Shown here in pieces: positions 1 to 7,942 of a DNA stretch of 64,000 nucleotides. Each line of letters opens with the position of its first letter. Position 1 is the stretch's first letter. Below the pieces are notes generated by a model. It was not told where the DNA came from and did no database searches. It worked only from the letters and a program-made list of their open reading frames with translations. The stretch is from Candidatus Jorgensenbacteria bacterium (lineage in GTDB: Bacteria > Patescibacteriota > Minisyncoccia > UBA6257 > GWB1-50-10): NCBI GenBank assembly GCA_011050075.1, contig DRGK01000012.1:771-64770 (forward strand), read 5' to 3'. A program made the translations under genes and the position numbers.

Positions 1-424
1 TCCTTCCGGCAGAGGATGTAACGCCAGCATTGTCGCTGATAAATTCCTTCCTGCACAGCGAAAAACTTCACCTGAATTCCAATGCTCTACCGAAACGTTC
101 CGGAGAATGAGATACGGGCACCAGTGTTTTTCGAGAACAATCTGCGTAACAGCAGCCGGGGACGTCTATCCCTGTATTATGGAACGAGATGCACCACTCG
201 GGAACGTGTCTGAAAAGAGCCTACATAATATTCTACGAAACAATAAAGCAAAGGAAATCCGTTTTCTTAACAAGGACAATATAGAGGTATGTCGGGACTG
301 TGAATACAGGTACGCATGCTTTGACTGTAGACCAAAGGCACAAGGCAGCTCGCCCGACAACAATCTGTATGCCAAACCGAATGACTGTCAATACAATCCT
401 TACACCGGCGTGTGGGGATTATAA
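1..424 (+). CDS. Radical SAM enzyme, C-terminal SPASM/twitch domain (5'-truncated at window edge); putative peptide-modifying maturase
   Basis: The frame is open from nt 2 with no stop before the listed M. Cys clusters CVTAAGDVYPC and CRDCEYRYACFDC (Cx2Cx5Cx2C) are typical of SPASM auxiliary Fe-S domains. A Cys-rich peptide gene follows directly. Confidence 0.6.
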   Translation, partial: PSGRGCNASIVADKFLPAQRKTSPEFQCSTETFRRMRYGHQCFSRTICVTAAGDVYPCIMERDAPLGNVSEKSLHNILRNNKAKEIRFLNKDNIEVCRDCEYRYACFDCRPKAQGSSPDNNLYAKPNDCQYNPYTGVWGL

Positions 425-445
425 CTCAACCGAAAGGAAGTGATT

Positions 446-670
446 ATGGAACTCATCAAAGTAACGTCTCAGGAACAGGAAGGTCGCCACACCAATGCAG
501 CTGTTATAAAGGTCAATACAGCCGAGAATGGTGCGGCGAGGGCATGCCATCCTGCCAACGACCCATGTCCACCTACACAGCCATGTCTTCCTCTAAACCC
601 ACACAGTCCGTGTAATCCTGACATTGTTCCCTGTAACCCAGAAGTATGCGGCCCATATACGTTCCCATAA
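446..670 (+). CDS. Candidate RiPP precursor peptide (74 aa from the ATG; the ORF track starts at GTG 440). The leader is followed by a core with six Cys-x-Pro motifs
   Basis: AAGGAAG lies 5-6 nt upstream of ATG 446. The C-terminal 45 residues, ACHPANDPCPPTQPCLPLNPHSPCNPDIVPCNPEVCGPYTFP, hold six Cys, each followed by Pro or Asn-Pro. The gene sits immediately downstream of the SPASM radical SAM gene, and a strong terminator follows. Confidence 0.5.
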   Translation: MELIKVTSQEQEGRHTNAAVIKVNTAENGAARACHPANDPCPPTQPCLPLNPHSPCNPDIVPCNPEVCGPYTFP

Positions 671-694
671 TAGGAAATGTAGTCCGCACAAACC

Positions 695-731
695 AAAACC
701 CGCTCGAGCTTCGAGCGGGTTTTTATTTTTT
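695..731. terminator. Rho-independent terminator (bidirectional). A 9-bp GC-rich stem cccgctcga/tcgagcggg is flanked by an A-tract and a T-tract
   Basis: The perfect palindrome at 699-719 is followed by TTTTTATTTTTT. It lies between the convergent peptide gene (+) and the HExxH gene (-). Confidence 0.8.
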
Positions 732-1520
732 AAGTAAGTGTTTCACCACCTTTTCAAATTCAAAAATATCCTTTTTATCATCTTTCAAATATTTCCGCCA
801 ATGCAGCAATATCTTCTTCTCAATTTTCAATAACTCAGAGTGACCCACTTGCTTGCCGCCTTCATTAAAGTACTCCCCCATACCATTCAAACGAATCCTC
901 AGCTCGTTGTCACAAGCAAGTTCAATAATTGCGTGCATCACTTCACTGTCTCGCTGTTTAATCGTCAGTATATGCAGTAATTCATGGCATAAATACACCG
1001 TTGTATAATTTTTCCAATCCTCAGGATGCCCCCAGCAAATGGCATTTAATCGCAACAGTGCAACGCCGTTACGTAAGGCAGGGTGCGTTATGTACACCGT
1101 GATATCCTCACTCGGCAACGTGAGACCGGTAATCGCAGGGAGTTCACGAAGAACCAGGTCTTTATTCTGCTTCCATTGACGTTCAACAAAAGCGCAGTAT
1201 TTCTCTGTTTCACGGTATAATTGCTCAAATGCTTTATGACTAAGTCCTCTTTTGATTAATTGTTCTACATCCCCGCCAAATTCTTCAACTAATTTATCTG
1301 CATTGAGGTATAGAAACAGAACCTCATACAATCGGTGGTCCGCAAGGTACTTCACAAGCTCTGGGTATTCCTTCTTAATCCCCTGTTTAAATATTTTCCA
1401 CTCCGGAAATGGAGTTGGTTGGCGTACATTTAATGCATGTACTAAGAGGTATGGTTTATTAATAACGAAAGAAAAATCCATTATTTTTCCCATTATTACT
1501 CCTCTGTCTTCAATAAGCAA
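723..1520 (-). CDS. Hypothetical protein with an HExxH zinc-metallopeptidase-like motif (CHELLHIL, with a downstream Glu)
   Basis: A 265-aa ORF. The HELLH motif and a later IIELACDNE are gluzincin-like. No further family assignment is possible by eye. Confidence 0.4.
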   Translation of the reverse strand: MLIEDRGVIMGKIMDFSFVINKPYLLVHALNVRQPTPFPEWKIFKQGIKKEYPELVKYLADHRLYEVLFLYLNADKLVEEFGGDVEQLIKRGLSHKAFEQLYRETEKYCAFVERQWKQNKDLVLRELPAITGLTLPSEDITVYITHPALRNGVALLRLNAICWGHPEDWKNYTTVYLCHELLHILTIKQRDSEVMHAIIELACDNELRIRLNGMGEYFNEGGKQVGHSELLKIEKKILLHWRKYLKDDKKDIFEFEKVVKHLLKK

Positions 1521-1531
1521 CCAAAATTATA

Positions 1532-1560
1532 TTGACCCTTAGTGTTTTTTACGCTTTAAT
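1532..1560 (+). promoter_or_regulatory. Sigma70-like promoter of clpP. The -35 is TTGACC, the spacer is 17 nt and the -10 is TTTAAT. The mRNA is apparently near-leaderless
   Basis: TTGACC at 1532-1537 and TTTAAT at 1555-1560. The ATG at 1570 lies about 2-3 nt past the expected transcription start. The inverted repeat AGTGTTT...AAACACT spans the -10. Confidence 0.45.
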
Positions 1561-1569
1561 AGAAACACT

Positions 1570-2151
1570 ATGTTAATCCCGACCGTTATCGAAAAATCGC
1601 CGGACGGCGAACGGGTCTATGATATCTATTCCCGCCTCCTCAAAGAGCGGATCATATTCCTAGGCGGACCAATATCCGACTCACTCGCAAACAGTATTAT
1701 TGCGCAGCTTTTATTCCTTGACCATCAGGATTCAAAAAAAGATATTTTACTCTATATCAACACGCCCGGTGGCTCGGTAACTGCCGGTATGGCAATCTAT
1801 GACACGATGCAACATGTAAAAGCACCTGTCTCTACTATCTGCGTCGGCATCGCGGCGTCCATGGGTGCGGTACTTCTGGCAGCCGGACAAAAGGGCAAGC
1901 GGCTCGCACTTCCAAACTCGGAAATCATGTTACATCAGGTAATGGGTGGCGTTGAGGGACAGGCAATAGAGATCGAGATCACCGCAAAGCACATCATTAA
2001 GATCAAGGATAAGCTCAACCGCATCCTCGCCAAACACACCGGCCAGTTACTCAAGAGACTTGAGAAGGATACCGACCGTGACTTCCACCTGGATCCAAAA
2101 GAAGCGAGGGAGTACGGCATTATTGATGAAATTGTTAAGACGAAGAAATAA
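1570..2151 (+). CDS. clpP: ATP-dependent Clp protease proteolytic subunit ClpP
   Basis: [15 protein letters not shown], the catalytic Ser context GIAASMGA and the His context MLHQ match. Length is 193 aa. Confidence 0.9.
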   Translation: MLIPTVIEKSPDGERVYDIYSRLLKERIIFLGGPISDSLANSIIAQLLFLDHQDSKKDILLYINTPGGSVTAGMAIYDTMQHVKAPVSTICVGIAASMGAVLLAAGQKGKRLALPNSEIMLHQVMGGVEGQAIEIEITAKHIIKIKDKLNRILAKHTGQLLKRLEKDTDRDFHLDPKEAREYGIIDEIVKTKK

Positions 2152-2182
2152 CCAATTGGTTGTCTCAAAGCAACGGCTCGGT

Positions 2183-2210
2183 ATGAGCCGTTTTTTGTTT
2201 CCGTGATACA
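2183..2210 (+). terminator. Rho-independent terminator after clpP
   Basis: A hairpin acggctc/gagccgt is followed by TTTTTTGTTT. Confidence 0.6.
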
Positions 2211-2218
2211 ATGGGAAT

Positions 2219-3412
2219 ATGCCAGAGACGGACAAGCAAAAAATAAATGAGGCGCTCTCACGAGGCGTGGACACCATATACCCGTCCCGAGAAGCACTGG
2301 AGCAAGTGTTGCGGAGCGGAAAAAAGCTGCGTATTTACCACGGCGTTGACCCGACGGGGCAGCACCTCCATATCGGGCACGCAACCAATCTCCTAACACT
2401 CAGACGTCTCCAGAGGCTCGGACACGAAATTATCTTTCTCATCGGTGATTTCACCGCTCGTATCGGCGACCCAAGTGAAAAGTCAGCGACACGCACACAG
2501 CTGAACTATAAAGAGGTGAAAGAGAACTCCAAAACATTTAAAAAACAAGCGAGTAAGATAATCGCATTCTCGGGCAGCAATGCTGCGAAAGTAAAGTTCA
2601 ATTCCACGTGGCTCAAAAAACTCTCCTTCGCAGACGTTTTAGAGCTCGCGTCGCACGTAACGGTCCAGCAAATGGTCAAGCGCGGAATGTTTCAAAAACG
2701 GATTGAGGAAAATAAGGATGTGTGGTTACATGAGTTCCTCTATCCTCTTATGCAAGGATATGACTCAGTCGCCATGAATGTAGATATGGAAATCGGCGGC
2801 ACCGATCAGATGTTCAATATGATGCTGGGGCGAACACTGCTCAAAAAAATGAAAGGGAAAGAAAAATTCGTACTCACCACCAAGCTCTTAGAGAACCCGA
2901 AAACTGGAAAGAAGTTAATGAATAAGAGTGAGGGGGGGCTCATTAACTTAGATGACGAGCCAAATGATATGTTCGGTAAGGTAATGGCTCTGGATGACGA
3001 GGTAATGTTCAGCGTTGCGGAGCTATCCTCTACCATGCCGCTCGCGGATATTAAAAAACTAAAAAAACTAAAACCGCGTGACGCAAAGCTTGCTATCGCA
3101 CGTGAAATCGTAACAACGTACCACTCAGAAAATGCTACAGAGCGCGCAGAGAACGAATTCATTGAAGTGTTTTCCAAAAACGCAACACCACACGATGCAC
3201 CAATACTATTTGTCTCAAAAGAAATTGAGATTGTGGACCTTCTTATTAAAGCGGGTATTTCCAGTAAGAGCGAAGCGCGACGCCTCATCAAACAGAAAGC
3301 GGTGAAAATCAACAGCGAAGCGCGTACCGACATAAACAAAATGCTTTCACTCAAAGACAACGACATCCTCAAAGTCGGCAAGCATCGGTTCTTCAAGATC
3401 AAAATAAAATAA
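2219..3412 (+). CDS. tyrS: Tyrosyl-tRNA synthetase (class I), with a C-terminal S4-like RNA-binding domain
   Basis: The HIGH motif is GQHLHIGH. GDFTARIGDPS is typical of TyrRS. A KMSKS-like KLMNKS is present. The C-terminus SEARRLIKQKAVKIN is an S4 fold. Confidence 0.8.
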   Translation: MPETDKQKINEALSRGVDTIYPSREALEQVLRSGKKLRIYHGVDPTGQHLHIGHATNLLTLRRLQRLGHEIIFLIGDFTARIGDPSEKSATRTQLNYKEVKENSKTFKKQASKIIAFSGSNAAKVKFNSTWLKKLSFADVLELASHVTVQQMVKRGMFQKRIEENKDVWLHEFLYPLMQGYDSVAMNVDMEIGGTDQMFNMMLGRTLLKKMKGKEKFVLTTKLLENPKTGKKLMNKSEGGLINLDDEPNDMFGKVMALDDEVMFSVAELSSTMPLADIKKLKKLKPRDAKLAIAREIVTTYHSENATERAENEFIEVFSKNATPHDAPILFVSKEIEIVDLLIKAGISSKSEARRLIKQKAVKINSEARTDINKMLSLKDNDILKVGKHRFFKIKIK

Positions 3413-3435
3413 GCATCCCTATAGCAATCCCCTTC

Positions 3436-3470
3436 AACCCAACCGAAGGAAGTTCAACTTCCTTCGGTTG
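3436..3470. terminator. Strong hairpin downstream of tyrS with no clear U-tract; possible terminator or stabiliser
   Basis: The stem is caaccgaaggaag / cttccttcggttg, 13 bp. Confidence 0.4.
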
Positions 3471-3499
3471 GTCATCGTAATGTAACACCCTTACAGTTG

Positions 3500-3571
3500 T
3501 GCCCTCAGCAGGAATCGAACCCACATCTTGAGCTCCGGAAGCTCACGTTCTATCCGTTGAACTATGAGGGC
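3500..3571 (-). tRNA. tRNA-Arg (anticodon CCG)
   Basis: The reverse complement GCCCTCATAGTTCAACGGATAGAACGTGAGCTTCCGGAGCTCAAGATGTGGGTTCGATTCCTGCTGAGGGCA folds as a cloverleaf. It has a 7-bp acceptor stem, a GTTC/GAAC D-stem, the anticodon loop TTCCGGA and a TTCGATT T-loop. CCA is not encoded. Confidence 0.85.
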
Positions 3572-4668
3572 TAAAACACGAACCGAACTACTTCATACGC
3601 TGCACCAACGGCAAATATAATATACAACGGCACAGTGGCAAGAACAACATATCGGCGCGGCTCTGCCTTCGCCCACATCATCATAACAAAAGAAGCTTCC
3701 AGCGCTAAAAAGATGCCTCCGGTAATGCTCACCGCCACAAGAAAGTTCTGTATACCAAGTGCATATAATGTAAGCGGCGCGAAGACAGCCACAATCCCGC
3801 TTGCCCACCGGGACTTGAATACGTCAGTACGCAGGATATCAAATACATTGCTCCCGATCATAATGTATGATGTCCAGAGTGTGAGTAGTCCCATTACACC
3901 AATCAATAACATAACGGTCGGTGAAAGAAATCCCAGACTTGAGATGGTGTCCGGCGCAACATCCGGCACGAGCCGCAAAACCCCCACTACAAAAAATAAA
4001 TACACCACAATTGGAATCATTGTTCCCCAAAATATCGCTCGCTTAAGCGAGAATTTCTCACGTGCAGACCGATACACTTCATACACCTTCGGTATCGCGG
4101 AGCGTGCCGCAAACGCAAATAACAATGGTCCAAACGGCAACAATAATAGAGGTATACTAACAGGCTGTATGACTGGTACATCAACCGTACCCACGCCGCC
4201 CGTAAACAAAATCACAAGGACAATAAGCGCAATACCTCCAATACCGACAATCTCGGCGACGCCCAAAACCCATGTCCTCACAAATATGAACACCGAGCCC
4301 AGCAACCAAAACATAATGACCGCTGTCGAACTGAATCCATTAAACGCAATGTTCGCAAAACTCGCCGAAAGAATAAGATATACCGTTAGAGTGAATAGTA
4401 AGCCGCCGAGAACGGTGAATGAAGCGAGGCGTGCAGCCCACTGAGGCAGATACTTTTTTGCGAAATAAAAAAAGTGGTGTCCGGCTTGGTTTGCATGGAG
4501 CACCTGTGCATATCGCCAGTGAATCACAAAGTATATGAGTGCAAACGCAACGAGATATACGGTACCGAGACCGGTACCAACCTGCCGGAATACGTATGGG
4601 AGCGAAAAAATACCCGCTCCCATAATCGTACCGGCAAGCAATCCAACCGCCAGCAAAAACTGTCTCAT
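3571..4668 (-). CDS. Polytopic membrane transporter, amino-acid permease-like (aromatic amino acid/HAAAP-like N-terminus GAGIFSLP)
   Basis: 365 aa with about 10 hydrophobic segments. The N-terminal GTIMGAGIFSLPY resembles Tyr/Trp-specific permeases. It is convergent with tyrS. Confidence 0.5.
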   Translation of the reverse strand: MRQFLLAVGLLAGTIMGAGIFSLPYVFRQVGTGLGTVYLVAFALIYFVIHWRYAQVLHANQAGHHFFYFAKKYLPQWAARLASFTVLGGLLFTLTVYLILSASFANIAFNGFSSTAVIMFWLLGSVFIFVRTWVLGVAEIVGIGGIALIVLVILFTGGVGTVDVPVIQPVSIPLLLLPFGPLLFAFAARSAIPKVYEVYRSAREKFSLKRAIFWGTMIPIVVYLFFVVGVLRLVPDVAPDTISSLGFLSPTVMLLIGVMGLLTLWTSYIMIGSNVFDILRTDVFKSRWASGIVAVFAPLTLYALGIQNFLVAVSITGGIFLALEASFVMMMWAKAEPRRYVVLATVPLYIIFAVGAAYEVVRFVF

Positions 4669-4672
4669 ATAC

Positions 4673-5257
4673 CTACACGATCCCGTTGTGTTTATCTTCT
4701 TCCTCTATCAGCTTTATCAAACCATCCAAAAGCTTTATCGGATCATCTGAAAATATTGTCTTTCCCATGCCGCGGTGTGATTTCTTCAAAATATCCTCAA
4801 TCATATCCGCTGTACCGCCAGTTTTTTGTAAAACACCCATTGGCTTTTTGTCTTCAAACCCAATAGTGAATTCATTGAGTGTTCCCATTCGACCGCAAAT
4901 GGTGATAATTGCATCTGAAGAGCGTGTCAAAATGAGGTTCCTACCGGAGTAATTAAAGCCGGTATAAACAACAACGTCGTGGTAATCAAGCGGCAGTTTA
5001 TAGGACTTCACGTGTGCCAACTTTGATGCGGCGGGCGAAAATCCAATAACAATACCTCCCTCCATCTTTGCTCCTTTTGCTGACCAGTACGGAATACCGG
5101 TGGTGGCACCGGTTACGAGCACGATCCCCCGCCGTGCCATTTCACGACCCAGCAATTCTGCTTTCTCGTGTGCATCAGGCGCACAATGCCCCGTTTCGGC
5201 CGCACCTGATACGCAGATTTTAATCGTCGGTTTAAAAATTTGTGGAACACGTGCCAT
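4673..5257 (-). CDS. LOG/SLOG-family Rossmann-fold protein (TIGR00725-like)
   Basis: ICGRMGTLNEF matches the GGxGTxxE motif of LOG-family proteins. Length is 194 aa. Confidence 0.55.
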   Translation of the reverse strand: MARVPQIFKPTIKICVSGAAETGHCAPDAHEKAELLGREMARRGIVLVTGATTGIPYWSAKGAKMEGGIVIGFSPAASKLAHVKSYKLPLDYHDVVVYTGFNYSGRNLILTRSSDAIITICGRMGTLNEFTIGFEDKKPMGVLQKTGGTADMIEDILKKSHRGMGKTIFSDDPIKLLDGLIKLIEEEDKHNGIV

Positions 5258-5276
5258 TTCTTTTATTCATTATACG

Positions 5277-6641
5277 TTATAACAATTCAACCGTCTCACC
5301 ATACGAAGGTATCACCACATCAACAGCGAGTTCGTCTTGTACCGCACGAGCGAATGGTTCAGACTGTTCTATTTCACCTTGTACCACGAACACTCTCTTA
5401 AGTGAGAACCGAGCCGGAGTTAACCACTCAAGAAGTTGGCGTTTGTCTGCGTGCGCCGAGTAACCGGATATCTCTTTTACGCGCGCGCGAACCGGTACTG
5501 TTTTTTTCATAATGCGCACCTCTTCAGCACCATCAAGGATTCTACGGCCGAGCGATCCTCTAATCTGATATCCAACAAATAGAATATGGCTATTCGGGTC
5601 CGGCAAATAGAGTTTCTCATGATGAATAATACGCCCTCCCTGCGACATGCCCGCTCCTGCAATAATTACCTTCGGCGGCTTTACGCTCGCAATGCTACGT
5701 GATTCTTTGGTAGTCAACGTCTTTTTCAAGGCAGGGAACTCAAAAAGTTTTCCATCATTTCCAATATATTCAGGTTTTATATCAAGCTCGTCGACAAATT
5801 GCTCATACACATTGGTCAGACGAATTGCCAGCGGACTGTCCAAAAATATAGGGATTTTAGGAATACGCCCTTCCTCAATAAGTGAATTTATATGGTATAG
5901 GAGAATCTGGGTTCTCTCCATGGAAAACGCGGGTATCATAAGTGTCCCGCCGGACCGTGCTGCGTCCTCAATCATGTCTTCAAGTTCATCGCGAATTTTT
6001 GCCCGCGCCTTATGTTCCCGATTTCCGTATGTGGACTCAATGAGGCAGTAGTCGGCACGCTCTAACGGCTCGCGCGGCGTGATTAGCGGTACCGGTGAAT
6101 TTCCCAGATCACCTGAAAACACAACCGTAATGTCTCCCGCCCGTATTTCAATGAAGCTTGAACCGAGAATGTGCCCTGCATTATAAAATGTAATTGTGAA
6201 CGGACCATGTTCAAACGATTCATGGTACGGCACACCTTTCCACTGCTGCATGAGCTTCTCAATATTCTCCGGAAGACAAAACCCAGTCTCTTTACACCGC
6301 TTTGACTCTCGCGACATGATACTAATAGAATCCTTGAGCAGATGTTGTGAAAACTCACGCGTCGGTTCGGTAGAATACAGCGTCCCGGAAAATCCATCTC
6401 TGATGAGTTTTGGCAAACGTCCTGTGTGGTCAATGTGCGCATGCGTAATAAACGCCGCACTTATCTCTTTGGGGTCAAAAGGAAACGGCTTAAAGTTCTG
6501 CCGCTCTACATAGTTGCTCCCCTGAAACACGCCGCAGTCAATAATAATCTTTTTACCGTCGTGCTCGAGCAGATAGTTCGAACCGGTAACCGTTTTTGTT
6601 CCACCATAAAAAGTGAGTCGCATAGTGCTACCATTATACAC
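5277..6641 (-). CDS. MBL-fold metallo-hydrolase with beta-CASP domain (RNA-metabolising, RNase J/CPSF-like)
   Basis: The HAHIDHTG metal-binding motif is near the N-terminus. At 454 aa, the size and architecture fit beta-CASP ribonucleases. Confidence 0.7.
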   Translation of the reverse strand: MYNGSTMRLTFYGGTKTVTGSNYLLEHDGKKIIIDCGVFQGSNYVERQNFKPFPFDPKEISAAFITHAHIDHTGRLPKLIRDGFSGTLYSTEPTREFSQHLLKDSISIMSRESKRCKETGFCLPENIEKLMQQWKGVPYHESFEHGPFTITFYNAGHILGSSFIEIRAGDITVVFSGDLGNSPVPLITPREPLERADYCLIESTYGNREHKARAKIRDELEDMIEDAARSGGTLMIPAFSMERTQILLYHINSLIEEGRIPKIPIFLDSPLAIRLTNVYEQFVDELDIKPEYIGNDGKLFEFPALKKTLTTKESRSIASVKPPKVIIAGAGMSQGGRIIHHEKLYLPDPNSHILFVGYQIRGSLGRRILDGAEEVRIMKKTVPVRARVKEISGYSAHADKRQLLEWLTPARFSLKRVFVVQGEIEQSEPFARAVQDELAVDVVIPSYGETVELL

Positions 6642-7942
6642 TACCGCATGATGCCTTCTATTAATTTCTCTCCTATCTCGTAGATATCCCCGGCACCCAT
6701 AATAACTACGACAGTGTCTATGTCGGTATTTGAGAGTAAATAATCATTAACCACCGCATCCTCCATCATACAGGCATCTGTACCGACCTTTTTAATCTCC
6801 GAAGCAAGCATCTCTGAGTTGATGGAAGTGTCATTTTGTTCTCTCGCAGCATAGATAGGCACAACGATAACTTCATCAGCTTCTTTAAAGCTTTTTGCAA
6901 ACTCTTTCAGGAACAGCTTTGTTCTACTGAACAAATGCGGCTGAAACACAACAATAAGTTCGTTTTTAGGAAAACGCTCGCGCAGTCCCTGAAGCGTGGC
7001 TCGTATCTCCGTAGGATGATGAGCATAGTCATCATAGAGGAGAGCGCCGGTTGTCATCTTCCCTTTATACTCACACCTCCGCCACGTACCCTTAAACGCC
7101 TCAAGCGCTCTCACGGCTATGTCCATAGTAATGTTTGCAGTTATTGCGACCGAGAGCGCCGCTTGCGCGTTTGCAATGTTATGTCGTCCCAGAACAGTGA
7201 GTGAAAAATTGTTTTTGACGGTGGTGTAATCAATTATCCGCGCTTTTACATCACCAATAACAGGTGCAACCGTAGGGTCGTTTGGGTTGCATACAATATA
7301 CCCATCTTCCAACACCTTCCCGGCAAGTTCATGAAACGCACCTTGAATATCCTCAAGGTCTTTATAGTAGTCCAAATGATCGCTGTCTATGTTCGTAATA
7401 ATAAGAATATGAGGATTAAGACTAAGAAATGATCGCCGATACTCACACGCCTCAATAATAAGGTCACTGCCTTTTCCTGCAATAAAGTTTGAGTGATGTT
7501 CCTTAAGCAGACTACCAACAATAACCGTCGGGTCGCGATTTGCATCTATAAAGATTTTTGCGAGCATGGCAGTCGTCGTTGTTTTCCCGTGCGTACCGGA
7601 AACCGCAATGGTTCGGTATTTTTGTGAGAGCGCTCCGAGTATCTGAGGATACGTATATGTCTGAATTTTAAGCATCCGTGCCTGAATGAACTCAGAATTA
7701 TCTTCCGGCACAGCGGTGGTATATATCACCATATCAATGTCTTCATTAATATTTTTTTCCTGATGACCAATAACTATGTGCGCACCAAGCTTCTCTAACT
7801 CATCGGTAATTACCGACCGGGAAACATCGGAACCGCTCACTTCTTTACCACCCAAGAGCATCATTCGAGCAATCGCAGAAATACCTATTCCGCCAATACC
7901 AATGAAGTGGGCGTGTTTAATAGAATCAAAATCTATACTCAT
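6641..7942 (-). CDS. murC: UDP-N-acetylmuramate--L-alanine ligase
   Basis: The N-terminal HFIGIGGIGISAIARMM and the Mur ligase P-loop GTHGKTTTTAM match. Confidence 0.85.
   Translation of the reverse strand: MSIDFDSIKHAHFIGIGGIGISAIARMMLLGGKEVSGSDVSRSVITDELEKLGAHIVIGHQEKNINEDIDMVIYTTAVPEDNSEFIQARMLKIQTYTYPQILGALSQKYRTIAVSGTHGKTTTTAMLAKIFIDANRDPTVIVGSLLKEHHSNFIAGKGSDLIIEACEYRRSFLSLNPHILIITNIDSDHLDYYKDLEDIQGAFHELAGKVLEDGYIVCNPNDPTVAPVIGDVKARIIDYTTVKNNFSLTVLGRHNIANAQAALSVAITANITMDIAVRALEAFKGTWRRCEYKGKMTTGALLYDDYAHHPTEIRATLQGLRERFPKNELIVVFQPHLFSRTKLFLKEFAKSFKEADEVIVVPIYAAREQNDTSINSEMLASEIKKVGTDACMMEDAVVNDYLLSNTDIDTVVVIMGAGDIYEIGEKLIEGIMR

Noticed and set aside
3635-4444. 269-aa plus-strand ORF
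   Set aside because: It is antisense within the permease gene. It is low-complexity Thr/Asn/Pro-rich, typical of a shadow ORF.
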